A stretch of DNA of 63,987 nt. Origin: Ruditapes philippinarum. Its lineage: Eukaryota. The position numbers were made by a program, and so were the translations under genes. Shown piece by piece: positions 40,701 to 49,400 of the stretch (position 1 is the first letter of the stretch; each line of letters starts with the position of its first letter). The stretch spans positions 372,001 to 435,987 of the forward strand of contig NW_026859416.1 of assembly GCF_026571515.1 (NCBI RefSeq). The letters are read 5' to 3'. The notes beneath the pieces are model-generated. The model had not been told where the DNA came from. It was given only the letters and a program-made list of their open reading frames with translations, and did not search any database.

Positions 40701-40952
40701 CATTATAGATTAAGAAGCGCCTTTTTGGGGTAAAATTGGACATTTTTTAAGACATAAACGAAAACCATAACTTTAACTTGCCCTGATTATAATTAAAATA
40801 TCACAACAATTAATTCCTATCTAAAATTATCTATCTTTAATTATGATTTCAGATAATAATGAAACTTTCAGCTAATAGAGGACGGTACACTTACCTTCTA
40901 CCTGTGCCAAATAGAATATCAACAGTAGAGCTACAACTGCTCTTGAACTCAT
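1931..40952 (-). CDS. Multi-exon SRCR/CCP(sushi) type-I transmembrane scavenger-receptor-like protein (DMBT1/CD163-like); possibly a damaged allele or partial pseudogene
   Basis: Predicted exons, minus strand: 40952-40895 signal peptide MSSRAVVALLLIFYLAQVEG; SRCR1 40078-39919 + 39779-39619; CCP 39319-39155; SRCR2 37187-37031 + 35354-35191; SRCR3 34824-34668 + 33802-33633; CCP 33456-33298; SRCR4 32898-32745 + 32559-32408; SRCR5 32066-31910 + 31729-31569; SRCR6 30367-30211 + 29755-29595; CCP 26426-26259; SRCR7 25771-25615 + 25297-25134; CCP 24905-24738, [24456-24272 dead], 24126-23959, 22079-21915, 21786-~21655 (truncated); TM 5201-5075; tail 4770-4691, 3920-3820, 2017-1931 (TGA). SRCR motifs RL..G...GRVE..VNG.WGTIC and YGEG.GPI..D.L.C are present. 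Intron phases are consistent (1 / 2 / 1 for each SRCR). Confidence 0.88.
2392..3283. repeat. Foldback formed by two inverted pearl/HINE-like element heads, with a nested small MITE (~2988-3133)
   Basis: Arm 2392-~2535 is the reverse complement of ~3140-3283; (GTCC)n microsatellite; internal ~175-bp repeats; inner TIR AACATTTTGTGTTTAGGGGCTAT / ATAGCCCCTAAACCCAAAATGTT. Confidence 0.8.
4190..4213. repeat. (TA)n microsatellite
   Basis: Directly visible. Confidence 0.9.
5075..5201 (-). CDS. Transmembrane exon of the SRCR-CCP receptor
   Basis: NLAMIIGVACGFFILLLVTIIMI followed by basic stop-transfer RCLRQRNQKKK; AG/GT flanks. Confidence 0.8.
5618..7036 (+). repeat. 5' LTR (contains a MITE insertion)
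   Basis: TGAAACAGGG...GGTAACA; colinear with 20533-21595; AATAAA at ~6961. Confidence 0.93.
6569..6895. mobile_element. piggyBac-type MITE in the 5' LTR
   Basis: TTAA|CCCTTTCGATGCCA ... TGGTAGTGAAAGGG|TAAA; the 3' LTR has the empty site TTTTAAGAGTG. Confidence 0.85.
7039..7056 (+). promoter_or_regulatory. Primer binding site, tRNA-Lys(CUU)-type
   Basis: TGGTGCCCAACGTGGGAC, 2 nt after the LTR end; 16/18 match to the canonical Lys1,2 PBS TGGCGCCCAACGTGGGGC. Confidence 0.85.
11142..12327 (-). mobile_element. Internally deleted Penelope-like retroelement
   Basis: RT remnant MAYLEERIL...PLIWCRYIDDIFTIW...FLAHLN and LYIKTTDANIYLH; hammerhead ribozyme near its 3' end; 14-bp direct repeat CTGAAGTTAAAGAA at 11128-11141 and 12328-12341. 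Confidence 0.85.
11204..11247 (-). ncRNA. Minimal type-I hammerhead ribozyme (PLE-type)
   Basis: Minus strand: UUAUC-CUGAUGA-A-GACCU cacggu AGGUC-GAAA-CCG-GUA^-GAUAA. Stem I is UUAUC/GAUAA, stem II is GACCU/AGGUC, and stem/loop III is the palindrome ACCGGU. Confidence 0.88.
12700..16900 (+). pseudogene. pol: Gypsy pol (protease, RT, RNase H, integrase with acidic C-terminal tail)
   Basis: LIDSGS; RICVDYRMLN, MPFGLSNSPAT, YLDDLII; FELHTDAS...VIAYASRSL; HSDQGANF...GVCERFNRTL. The C-terminus resumes at ~19745 (PTPRKSKRERRQPKLFDSY). Confidence 0.92.
16916..19740. mobile_element. Putative non-autonomous DNA transposon with CATAGG ends, inserted in the integrase tail
   Basis: The integrase ORF breaks at ~16900 and resumes at ~19745. 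Ends are CATAGGTTTCTCA / TGAGAAAGGCCTATG (imperfect TIR). No clean TSD. Confidence 0.55.
18674..19110 (+). mobile_element. Non-LTR retrotransposon 3' fragment
   Basis: 12-bp TSD AACCAAGAGGGT (18662-18673, 19111-19122); tail AATAAAATATGTTTAAACT. Confidence 0.65.
20519..20530 (+). promoter_or_regulatory. Polypurine tract
   Basis: AAGGAGGGGAAG, 2 nt before the 3' LTR. Confidence 0.85.
20533..21595 (+). repeat. 3' LTR
   Basis: TGTAACAGGG...GGTAATC; direct repeat of the 5' LTR without the MITE. Confidence 0.93.
21655..26426 (-). CDS. CCP + SRCR7 + membrane-proximal CCP array exons
   Basis: Examples: DCGDPTPVNGNINSSETSYGTVVKVSCNDGYLLLGDAVITCQLNNNWTDVPSC and DCGLLSAPNGKINASGTTVGSSAYVTCNEGYTLEGASMVVCTLEGWTSRVSC; symmetric phase-1 exons. 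Confidence 0.9.
23550..23911 (-). repeat. Dispersed IR + hairpin element, copy B
   Basis: Reverse-oriented homologue of 79-429. Confidence 0.7.
24272..24456 (-). pseudogene. Dead CCP exon (pseudoexon)
   Basis: Acceptor reads AT instead of AG (24458-24457). An 11-bp tandem duplication TCCCATGTGCC x2 (24298-24319) frameshifts the exon; removing one copy restores ...GTWEAWPPCNII G|GT. Confidence 0.85.
28380..29270 (+). mobile_element. pearl/HINE-like non-autonomous Helentron with an internal ~170-bp tandem array
   Basis: TTTATCCCC head, (GTCC/GTCT)n, repeated AAATAACTTGGCACAA...CACCATAATGAGA...AAGGTCA units, 3' GGGGATAT...CTTGTTT end. Confidence 0.75.
29595..37187 (-). CDS. SRCR domains 2-6 plus one CCP exon
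   Basis: Ten SRCR half-exons with WGTIC/WGYMC motifs and conserved Cys, plus CCP exon 33456-33298. Confidence 0.9.
30454..31297. mobile_element. GC-rich MITE with a nested hairpin element (~30589-30770)
   Basis: TIR TATGGTGGCTGATTTGTGCCATTCGTG / CACGAATGGCACAAAACAGCCATCATA; flanked by CAAACA on both sides; internal ~65-bp subrepeats. Confidence 0.8.
34976..35151. repeat. Palindromic MITE-like hairpin
   Basis: GGTTCAAGAGAGCAAAATGGTTGCAAACT ... AGTTTGCAACTATTTCGCTCGCTTGAACT. Confidence 0.6.
35630..36120 (-). repeat. HINE-type internal tandem repeats, degenerate
   Basis: Recurrent TGACC...AATAGGGGTCATCT units. Confidence 0.6.
37480..39035. mobile_element. Foldback-like element with inverted arms built from ~21-bp subrepeats
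   Basis: Inner ~65-bp inverted repeat 37672-37738 / 38176-38241; left units TTATAACTCCTACGTAGGACTT versus right units AAGTCCTACGTAGGAGTTATAA. Confidence 0.7.
39619..40078 (-). CDS. SRCR domain 1 (two exons)
   Basis: GIRLPGGSGTYEGRVEVNVNGVWGTICHNSFDMRDARVLCRMMGL / GAHFGKGIGPIFAQELRCGGHENHINQC...DVGIMC. Confidence 0.92.
40895..40952 (-). CDS. First coding exon (signal peptide) of the SRCR-CCP receptor
   Basis: ATG at 40952, hydrophobic core VVALLLIFYL, phase-1 donor G|GTAAGT. Confidence 0.8.
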
Positions 40953-41959
40953 TTTTACATAAGTGACATTGAATCACATCCAAAAAACTTATCTGAAGAA
41001 ATTATAAACAACACAAATAAAACAAATGAATATAATTTCATTTGATAATTATCGAATTGTATCAAATCGAAAAAAAAACTTATCTGAAGAAAATATAAAC
41101 AACACAAACAAAACAAATGAATATAATTTCATTTGATAATTATAAATATTATGTCACTTTTACATATTCCAAAAATGAATTAAAAACATATTCTAAAATA
41201 TATCATTTAAATAAGTTATACAATAAAAACAATTTAAAGCATACGTTGTACTGCTACATAGATTGTTCAGATCGTTCTGTTGTTGTCACATGCGCGACAT
41301 TCTATATATACTCCAATTAACGAGTCCATTTGAGCTGTTTTCAAGCAGGTATCCCCACGATTTTATAAATTTTCCACAATAAGTGGCATACATATTATAC
41401 GTGTTTTCAATGACTCCACTTCAGCCTTATTTGTCATAAAATACTCATGTAGCATATATCTTTGTTATAAAATATTTGAATTGTCGTTTTTATTTGCAAT
41501 AAAACATGTTTTGTTTGTTAAACATAAGCTGTTCAGTAAACTTAGTTAATCCTTTTTGTTGTTGCAAACTAGCGTGTTTTTGATGCTGCTGCTTTTTGTT
41601 ATCTGAGCAAAAACGTACATTGTTTTTTTAAGTTTAATTCATAAATTCAGACATAAATGCTTTTATAACGTTTAAATAAATAATTTAACTACGTAAATAT
41701 CTCTTAGGACGTCATGACGATCAAAATAAAATGAAATATGTCAATGACCAGTTGAATGTTAAGAATGTTATAGTTGATTATGCCTCTAAATAGATCGAAA
41801 TAAAATATCATTTTCGCATCCCCTTAGCTAGGTTAAAATCCTGCATGGTTGAGTCAATCATGTCAATAGTTAGAGTAATATTTAGCCTGACACTTGCTTC
41901 ATTGAAAAGGGTTTTTAAGTGAAAAACAATTTATGACAATTGTCAATCACAATCGAACT

Positions 41960-42400
41960 GTCCAGAATGGTAGAGGTACACTTAGCTGTGTTAATACAAT
42001 TGAATAGCTTTAAATCTCGTTTGACATTAGCTACATTCAAATTAATTATATTAGTGGTTAGTAAAACAGTAATGTCATTAGCTACATTAACATTTATCAT
42101 ATTTGTGGTAAGTTTAAAAATCAAGTATGGCATTAGTTACTTTCAAATGGTAAGTTAGAAAGGTATGGCAATAGCTACTTTAAAATTGATTATATCAGTG
42201 AGTTTGATATCAAGTATGACATAAGCTACATTACAATACGTCATATAAGAAGTAGGTTAAGAAATCAAGAATGAAATTATCTACATAAAATATCAATTAT
42301 ATTTGTGATAAGTTAAACGACCAAGTATTGCATCAGCTTTATCAAAATAAATTGAATAAGAAGTGACTTAAAAGTCGAGTATGACGTTAAGTCTTAACGA
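41960..42400. repeat. Degenerate ~60-bp minisatellite
   Basis: Recurrent TAGCTACATT...AAGTATG(G/A)CAT units. Confidence 0.55.
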
Positions 42401-43071
42401 TGTGCAGCATTCGCCAAGCTAAAAATGGCATTTATTGGTCAGACTAAAATAATTCAGTTTTAGTTTGACATTGGCAAGATTTAAATTAAATATGGCATAA
42501 GCGTAGTCATACTTATGTTACAAATAAGTCAAGGTGAAAAATATGTTATTCGTTATGTTGTAATCATGAAAAAGGATGGTCGGGTTCAATTTATGTTTTC
42601 ATTTTGCTAGGATATTAGATCATAAAAGAAAATTTAATTTTACATTCAATCAGAGATGTTATATTTCCGACCCTTAATGATCGTTCAGCACGACATAATT
42701 GATATGCTTGTGGTAACTTAGTTCTTTTTATTTTGCTTTTTTCTTGTAGGTTGGCTCCAGTATTCCTCACTTGAATACTGTTGAATCACCCCTAGGATAT
42801 GTGGCCTGCTTTTTAAATTTGTCTTTTGACGTATTATCTGTGATATTCAGGCTTCATAACCTCGGATCTCCTTTCAAAATTCCATTTTATTTAGTTTCGC
42901 CCACTGCTTTTTTTTTCGTTAAGGGCACATGCATTGTCTTACTTGGGGACCATATGCCGCTTTTCATGGAATGGCATTGAAAGTTCCATGATAACCGCTA
43001 TATTAACACATCTGCGGATGTTTCAAAATTCAAAATTGTACCAGTTCATGTTAAATGTTGAATTTTGTTGA

Positions 43072-43192
43072 AGCCGGTGCTAGGGGGCGTGGACGGTAGA
43101 TTGCACTTTACAGTACCGTCCATGAACAGGCTCAATCAAACCGAGCCTGCAACATTTTCAATTATGTTGTGTTGGACTTTCTTTAGGGATTC
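43072..43192 (+). repeat. 120-bp structured repeat (second copy 46585-46706; partial inverted copy 45816-45884)
   Basis: Near-identical GGTGCTAGGGGGCGTGGACGGTA...TACCGTCCATGAACAGGCTCAATCAAACCGAGCCTGC... Confidence 0.85.
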
Positions 43193-44779
43193 ATATGTTC
43201 TCTATTTTAAAAATGAAGTAAACGGCTAAAACTGATGAAAATATATCGGGAAGTTAAGTATTTATGAAAATAAAAGTATCGTCCTGATGTCACGTGTCCT
43301 TCGCTCTTCAGTTTGACTTCACTTGCAATTTTGAAACTGTTTTTTATTAAACTGTTTTTCACATAAAATATTTTCTTTTTATTGCATTGTGTATATCGTA
43401 AATCTTGTTTAAGGACAATTTAAAAAGTGTAAGTATCTTACACTTATTTCGTAATGTCTCAACTAGGAAGTCTTAAGAATAAAACAAGTCCTTATTTATC
43501 TTCTTGAGTATAAACAACCGTCTTGGTTATTTACTTAACACTGTTTTAAGCTTGAACAGCAAATGATAAGCACAGGCATTGATATAAGACAGTAATATGA
43601 ATAATCTGGCAACGTCATACTCAATGAGAGAGTTTTGCTATAACCTTAATGTGTTTGTTGATATGTAAACAAAAATCGGGTTAAGATAATTCATTTTTTA
43701 TTTGCATTAGGACAATACAAACAATGCGTTTTATACAAGTTTGCAATAAAGCATTCCAAAAAGTAGGTTGAAGTATGAAAATAAAAACATAAAAAAATTG
43801 CCATTTTTAATGTGCTCTCTATAAATTGATTAAATATTTTATTGCAATCACAGATACTGTCATATAAAAAGGGCAATTAACTTCATAAATTCTCCCTTTT
43901 TACTCTCTTGACATTTGTCAAAAAAAGATCAACCATTTTTTTTTTCAAATTTTAAGTACCAGCTATATAATACAAAATTAAATATTTTACGTTTTAAGTT
44001 TAAAGTTTATTTTATTCCATATTTGTATTAAGACAAAAAAAAATAATACAAATAGGAAATGAAGAAGAAAAATTATTTTAATATATGATTTCAGTATGAA
44101 GTGTGCATTTTTTATTTTACATTTCTATTTCTATTGGCTTAAATCGTTTGCAAATAGTTTTTTAATAATCGTTCGGGTGGCCGACAAGGTCAATATATAG
44201 AATTATATTTCCTGAATTACATTGAGAATCGTCAGTTTCCATGACAATCGACTACTGTGTATGAAAATAAATGTTTAAGCCATTACTTGCATCTACAAAC
44301 ATTTGAAAGGTTAATTATCCTTGGCAACGGTAACCGTAGCAACGTTTACTCAGACTGTCATAAAACTATTTTATCGGGACACTCTTTAATTAACTTTAAG
44401 ACCATATTTGCTATAACACTAGGTATTATTTATGGTAATTTAATAATTGCTAATTGTATGCTCTGGCGAGCTATTTTTTAATGTACGTTTGAACTTTATT
44501 AGGCTGTAAATGGTAAATTTACATGAAAAGGTAATTGTTTCGTTTAGTTCTAAATAACATATTCGGGCGATTCAAATATTATAATTTCTCTAAAATTGTA
44601 CTTTTCCACAATAATGACTTCAAACTTGATTTACTGTTTTGTGCAGCATAAAGCGAGGCCGTCAACTTCTGAATATGTGGTCTCTTTTCTTGCACTGCAA
44701 TGAATATAGTCTAAAATTGCTCTTATTACATTGGTTTAATAAAAAAAAATATTTTAGTTCGATTATGTAGGAAGCTATA

Positions 44780-44890
44780 ATGTTATAGACACACTTTCGA
44801 ATCTGTTCCTGGAACCAACCTGTACTTAGCAATTGTGTAAAGTTTCTTGCTCATTGAAACAACGACTTTCCTCTCACGGGGTTTGAACTT
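44780..44890 (-). mobile_element. CORE-type SINE fragment
   Basis: Minus strand GTTCAAACCCCGTGAG...TGAGCAAGAAACTTTAC...TTGCTAAGTAC: B-box-like plus CORE-like segment. Confidence 0.5.
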
Positions 44891-45159
44891 GTTATCAGTT
44901 GAAATTTGCGATGGTTCCTTTACAATGTACGAGTATGAACTGTTATAATAAATCTTGTCCGAGATTTGGTTAAATGAGATATTTATTTGCATAACATCTT
45001 GTCATTAGTTTGGCTAAAATTTATATTTTATTTTATCATACAGGGAACTGTGTAAATCGCTTGTTTCTTTATCTCGCTGAATTTTGTTTTGCATTTTCAA
45101 CCAGTGATTAAATATATTATGGTACTTGTTGTGTACCTGTGTGTTTGGGTTAAAATTAC

Positions 45160-45420
45160 TGTACCTTTTGTTATTGCCTGAAACGTTTCATGTATTGTCA
45201 TGGAAAATGGCAAATCGTCAATATTGTTTCATAATATTTCCACCTGTTAAGGGTAACAATTTTATAATTAATAAAATGGCAAATCGTGAAAATTTTTTCA
45301 CACTATTTTGCACCTGTAAAAGGGTTACAATTTTTGTATTTGATAAATGACAAATCGTGAAAATTGTTACATAATACTATTTTTGCACCTGTAAAGGGTA
45401 ACAATTTAATTATTTATAAA
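45160..45420. repeat. Degenerate ~65-70-bp tandem repeat
   Basis: Units AAATGGCAAATCGT...CACCTGTAAAGGGTAACAATTT. Confidence 0.65.
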
Positions 45421-46465
45421 TAGTCCATAAACTTACTGATTACCTCTCGTATACGAAAATATACAAATAAAAAAGATACGTTAAAAGAATATGTTAACAA
45501 GATCAAGATCCTTACTTTTGATTTTACTATTTTCACTCGGTTATGATTACTTACTGAGAAGGATTAGCATTATCAAAGATCCGTAAAACAGCTTAGAAAA
45601 GCTGCAAATCTTTATCCAAAATCTCTTACAGTACGAAACCCCACAGCGGCGAAATTGTGTGTGGTTTGAAGTGAAACGACCTATAACCAATCGTACAAAG
45701 ACGCCATGAACTGACTGTTGCAATGCAAAAACAATGTTAAATAAGTAGCTTGTTTTAATAAAAGGAAACTTTTCATTACACATGAAAAAAAAACTTAGTA
45801 AAATAAGAGAAGAACAGAATCCCGAAAGAACGGCTAAAACAAGAAAATTAAAATTGTTGCAAGCTCGGTTTAATTGAGCCTTTAAAATAATGATATGAAA
45901 TTCTGTCCATTATGTTATGACAAAAATTATTTTCAGCTGAAAGTTCATGTTGGTTTGATCAGACATTTTTTGATAAGGAACTATATTGTTATTCATATTT
46001 GAACCTGCCTCGTACGATAAGAGCAGGATAAAAATCATCTCGTCATATTTTATCATAAACTTTTAAAACGGAAAATTAGCACTTTATTTCAAATTTAGGC
46101 GTAAAGTAAATAGACTTATTACAAAATCGTAAATTATTATAGACGTCGTAGTTCGGAAACGGACAAATTATGGGTGAATATTATGATGTTATATGGTGGT
46201 GAGCTTAGTTTATTAATGTTAAATTTTATAATTTTTATCTGATTTTAATTTATTTCAGGCGTTTTTGGGATGAACTTATAGGAACACTCACTAAAAGAAT
46301 ACATACTTTCTTTTTCAATAAAAACATCTACTTAAGTTTACATTTTTTACAACTGAAAAAATTATCTTGCATCAAAAAAACAGTGCGATTACGTTCGAGG
46401 GATTCAAGTATAGTAATAAAAATTCCGAACAGTATTTGGTTTCGGTTTTTATTGTTTTATTTCAG

Positions 46466-49400
46466 ATGACTCACTATAATGTGATGATCCTGGTAACTCT
46501 GGTTGGATACTCAGGTTCGTATGAAATTCAAATTTCGTGTGTACGTAGTTTTAATTAAAATATTCATTTAAATATTTATTTTAGCCCCCGGTGCTAGGGG
46601 GCGTGGACGGTAACTTGCACTTTCCAGTACCGTCCATGAACAGGCTCAATCAAACCGAGCCTGCAACATTTTCAATTTTGCCGTGTTGGGCTTTCTTTAG
46701 GGATTCTGTATTTATCTATATTATTAAGGTCATCTTTACACAAATTTCCAAATTAACGTAATGGTTTGAAATTGAACGAAACTTTAGATTACCGAATTTC
46801 CTCACCACCCCCCTCCAACCGAATTCAAAACTTCTTGACCCCCACTCCCCAAATGATAGAAAAGATGAAGTCATTGAAAATCATGAACTTATATGAAATG
46901 GTATACGAAATGAATGTATCGCTAACTGATATTAGAAATTGAAATATGGATGTGGATGTTTTTCGCTTAGTTTATCGACCCGCTTGTGACTTTATAATTC
47001 GAATTGCTATCTTAAATCAATTGATGCAGCAAATAAATAAAGCGTTACAACTAAAGTGTTCAATTTGAATGTGAAGAAACGCAACATGTGGCATAATTGT
47101 TTCCTATTTGACCATTCTATAGTTTTTGTTTATGAAATACCATAAAATGGAGGATGTCAAACGCCTTTTGAAAGCTACATTACCTTTGCCTGGGTAAGTC
47201 TACGGCGGTATATTATGTATGATAAAAGTATTAACTAATTTCGGTCTGTTTTCATAGATGCCAGACAAGTCATTGTAAACAACAATATAGTTAAAATATC
47301 TTAAATAACAAATCTATCTCAAAAAAGCCTTTTGCCTTGAAAATGTCAAACATTTCTAATATTACTATAGTGCATATGGCTACTTGAAAACATGTTGCGA
47401 ATCTCAATCGTCGTTTATTCGTAATATTAAGACTTAAATTGATATTTTTCCGGTTGAAAATGTCTTATTATTAATATTTTCAGAATCTCTTGAGTGTTTA
47501 AGTTGCTCAGATGTTGCAAATATAGATGGATGCAATGTCACAACATCATGTTCAACTGGTCAGGTAAAAATATTGCATACCAGACGAATTGGCTATAAAG
47601 ACATATTATAATAAGCGAAACAGTGACCTTTTCGTAACCGCGCCCGTCCCAGAAATAGATTGTTGACAACTACCATGTTCCACATATGATAATAAGATAA
47701 TAACGTAAAAGAAAAGATTGAACTAGCTTAATATAGAATTGACATGTTAACTACTATCAAAATGCAGGGTAAATAGGAAAAAGTAATGCATGTAAATTAT
47801 ATTGTGCCAGATTTTGCAGAAAAAAGACTAAATGCATATTACTTTCACTACTTTTATCAAACATATTGATATACAATATGCTATATATGTAATATGCAAT
47901 GCTTGATTTTGAAAACAAAAGACATTGACGCATTGTTTTGTGTTTAATGTCCTCTTTTCTGGTTTCATGAGTTAAAATGGTGTTTAATTTATTTATTGTT
48001 TTTACCTAGAATGAGTTTTCGTTTTTCTTTGTATTGAAATAACAATGAATATAACGTTTACGTTTCAGTCATGTAATCACAATATTAATTCAGGACGTCA
48101 CAGTCTTGGATGTGTAAACAATAAGGTATTTCATTCTCCAAACCAGTGATCATTCCAAAGTTCTTAAACCAAAGTTAATTACGGTGTTATTATTAAATGT
48201 TATTATTATAAATGTGCTATCCAGCTAGCTTATGGAACGTCAGTGGATCTACTCAGGTGCCCGCCTGTGCCTGAATCAATGTACAGAGGTCTTTCGCAAC
48301 AAGTAAACCTGGAAAGTCGCCATATGACTTAAACAGCGTCGGTGCGACCTGAAACCTTATAAAGAATATGTATGTGAGAATGATTTTTGCCACATTTTAC
48401 AGAATTTGAAATCATTTTACCCATTATGAATTGTCTTTCGAGCGTGTAGCATTATTCTAAAAAGAAAATAATGTTTGCACTTGGCACATTTCAATAAATG
48501 TACAGTAAATTTAAGTTGTTCTTTAAACTTAAAAGTACTAGCATGTATCTAGTATCAGTGGTAAAGACACGTATGAATCCACGCGTAAAAAAGTCGGCAA
48601 TAAACTACAAATTATATCACGTTTTAAATTGAATATGTTTTTGTTAATTAGTAAAGGGCAATAATCCAAAATGTTCAGCATTTGATTCTTTCACACTAAC
48701 AAACTATAAACAATTGTGATATTAAAAAGTAAACAGTTTTTTTCACAATAAGAGGTTTAACAATAACTATATTTTTTTTTAAAATGAACGGATGCTATTG
48801 TTTTTCTTTTTACTCGTTTAACTGACCTCAATAAGGGATCAAAATTGCATAAATGTTAATAGACCGTAGAATATTTATCTTTTTCATAGAACTTTTTGCT
48901 GTTGTTGTTGTTATATTGTTGCATCTTTTAAACAGGATTGCGATTCTCATGCTGCCGTTTCTGCAATTATTGGGAGAGATATAGCTTCTAGGACAACATC
49001 TACATGTTTCGAATGCTGCTCCACCGACCGTTGTAACTTTGCCCTTTGCCATCATCCGGAGCGTAAGAAACAAAAATATTTTTGTTTTTATGTTTTGTTT
49101 TTTTCTTATCGTTGTTATTTTTTGACTTGGTCGATGTTGTTTATTGTTGTTCTTTCTTAAGAATAATTATAATTATGGTATTTCTATACAACCAACCGTT
49201 ACTCATTTTATGTGCAACTGTGTTGTAGAAATTGCAACCGTTGTCCTTTTTTATTTCCTTTCACAATGAGGGAATATTCAAGAGCAAATAATTCACCTTT
49301 ATATTTTTACAATGATATTGAATCAATAAAAGAAAGCAATATGAAACTACTGGGCAGATATATATCTTTTCCCCAAAGTTATGATTATACATATAATAAT

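Noticed and set aside
47123-47193. Exon-like segment (AG...GTAAG) in intron 1 of the FReD gene
   Set aside because: It contains a stop in the required frame; 46514->47484 already gives a clean signal peptide plus Ly6 domain.
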